From the NCBI GenBank assembly GCA_038087875.1, contig CM075993.1, positions 3,660,001 through 3,724,000 of the forward strand: 64,000 nucleotides of DNA. Reading direction: 5' to 3'. The stretch is from Malacoraja senta. Lineage: Eukaryota. The position numbers were made by a program, and so were the translations under genes. The notes below the pieces were generated by a model, which searched no databases, had not been told where the DNA came from, and saw only the letters and a program-made list of their open reading frames with translations. This document shows, one piece after another, positions 63,537-64,000 of this stretch (its first letter is position 1; each line of letters opens with the position of its first letter).

Positions 63537-63701
63537 ACGTCTTGCTGAAAATGCATTCAGTCGGGATCTGTGGCTCTGATGTCCATTTTTGGCAAAATGG
63601 AAGAATTGGAGATTTTATTTTGAGGAAACCAATGGTCCTGGGGCATGAAGCCTCAGGAACTGTGTTTAAAGTGGGATCTGGAGTCCAACATCTTAAACCA
63701 G
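63537..63701 (+). CDS. SORD: SORD paralog copy B exon 3 (165 nt); the gene continues beyond the window
   Basis: tttcag|[55 protein letters not shown]|gtcagt. Confidence 0.96.
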
Positions 63702-63759
63702 GTCAGTCACTAATCCAATAAGTATTATTATGACTTGGCAGATGCCAATGTGTGTGAAG

Positions 63760-63944
63760 ATAGACACAAAAAGCTGGAGTAACTCAGCAGGACAGGCAGC
63801 ATCTCTGGGGAGTAGGAATGGGTGATGTTTCAGGTCGAGACCCTTCTTCAATCTGAAGAAGGGCCTCAACACGAAATGTCGGCCATTCCTTCTCTCCAGA
63901 GATGCTGCCTGTCCTGCTGAGTTACTCCAGCTTTTTGTGTCTAT
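63760..63944. mobile_element. Palindromic head-to-head pseudo-LTR pair (hairpin element)
   Basis: Two arms of about 90 bp are reverse complements and meet at cccttcttca-atc-tgaagaaggg. Confidence 0.85.
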
Positions 63945-64000
63945 TGAGGTAATTTGCTCAGGGTATGATTCACACGGTATATCGCTATATTGATGTGTTT

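Noticed and set aside
61171..63701. Copy B as an uncollapsed haplotype of copy A
   Set aside because: About 18% nucleotide divergence in exon 3 and unrelated introns.

Overview
Eukaryotic, repeat-rich vertebrate genomic DNA, most likely from a cartilaginous fish (skate/ray-like). That is inferred from HE1-type V-SINEs and HER1/CR1 LINE 3' ends and is not proven. The main host content is a complete 9-exon sorbitol dehydrogenase gene (SORD-like copy A, + strand, CDS 36029-56897, 1185 nt, 394 aa, all introns GT-AG). It is unusually Cys-rich and ends in a 48-aa Gln/Cys/Pro tail. After a 200-N assembly gap come exons 2-3 of a second, divergent SORD paralog (copy B) that runs off the window end. 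A probable promoter and non-coding first exon of an unidentified minus-strand gene lies at about 3390-3730. The rest is mostly transposon debris: CR1, L2, Rex1/Babar-like, L1 and RTE LINE fragments, V-SINEs, PIF/Harbinger MITEs plus one transposase remnant, a Gypsy-like LTR with its primer-binding site, and large microsatellites. The most pervasive repeat is a Penelope-like pseudo-LTR carrying a minimal hammerhead-ribozyme motif (CTGAAGA-A-GGGT-loop-RCCC-GAAAC-GTH). It occurs as monomers, fold-back pairs, tandem dimers and a TSD-flanked retrozyme-like unit. Two HDV-like ribozyme folds are also candidates. All calls were made by eye; no searches or folding programs were run, and most repeat boundaries are approximate.
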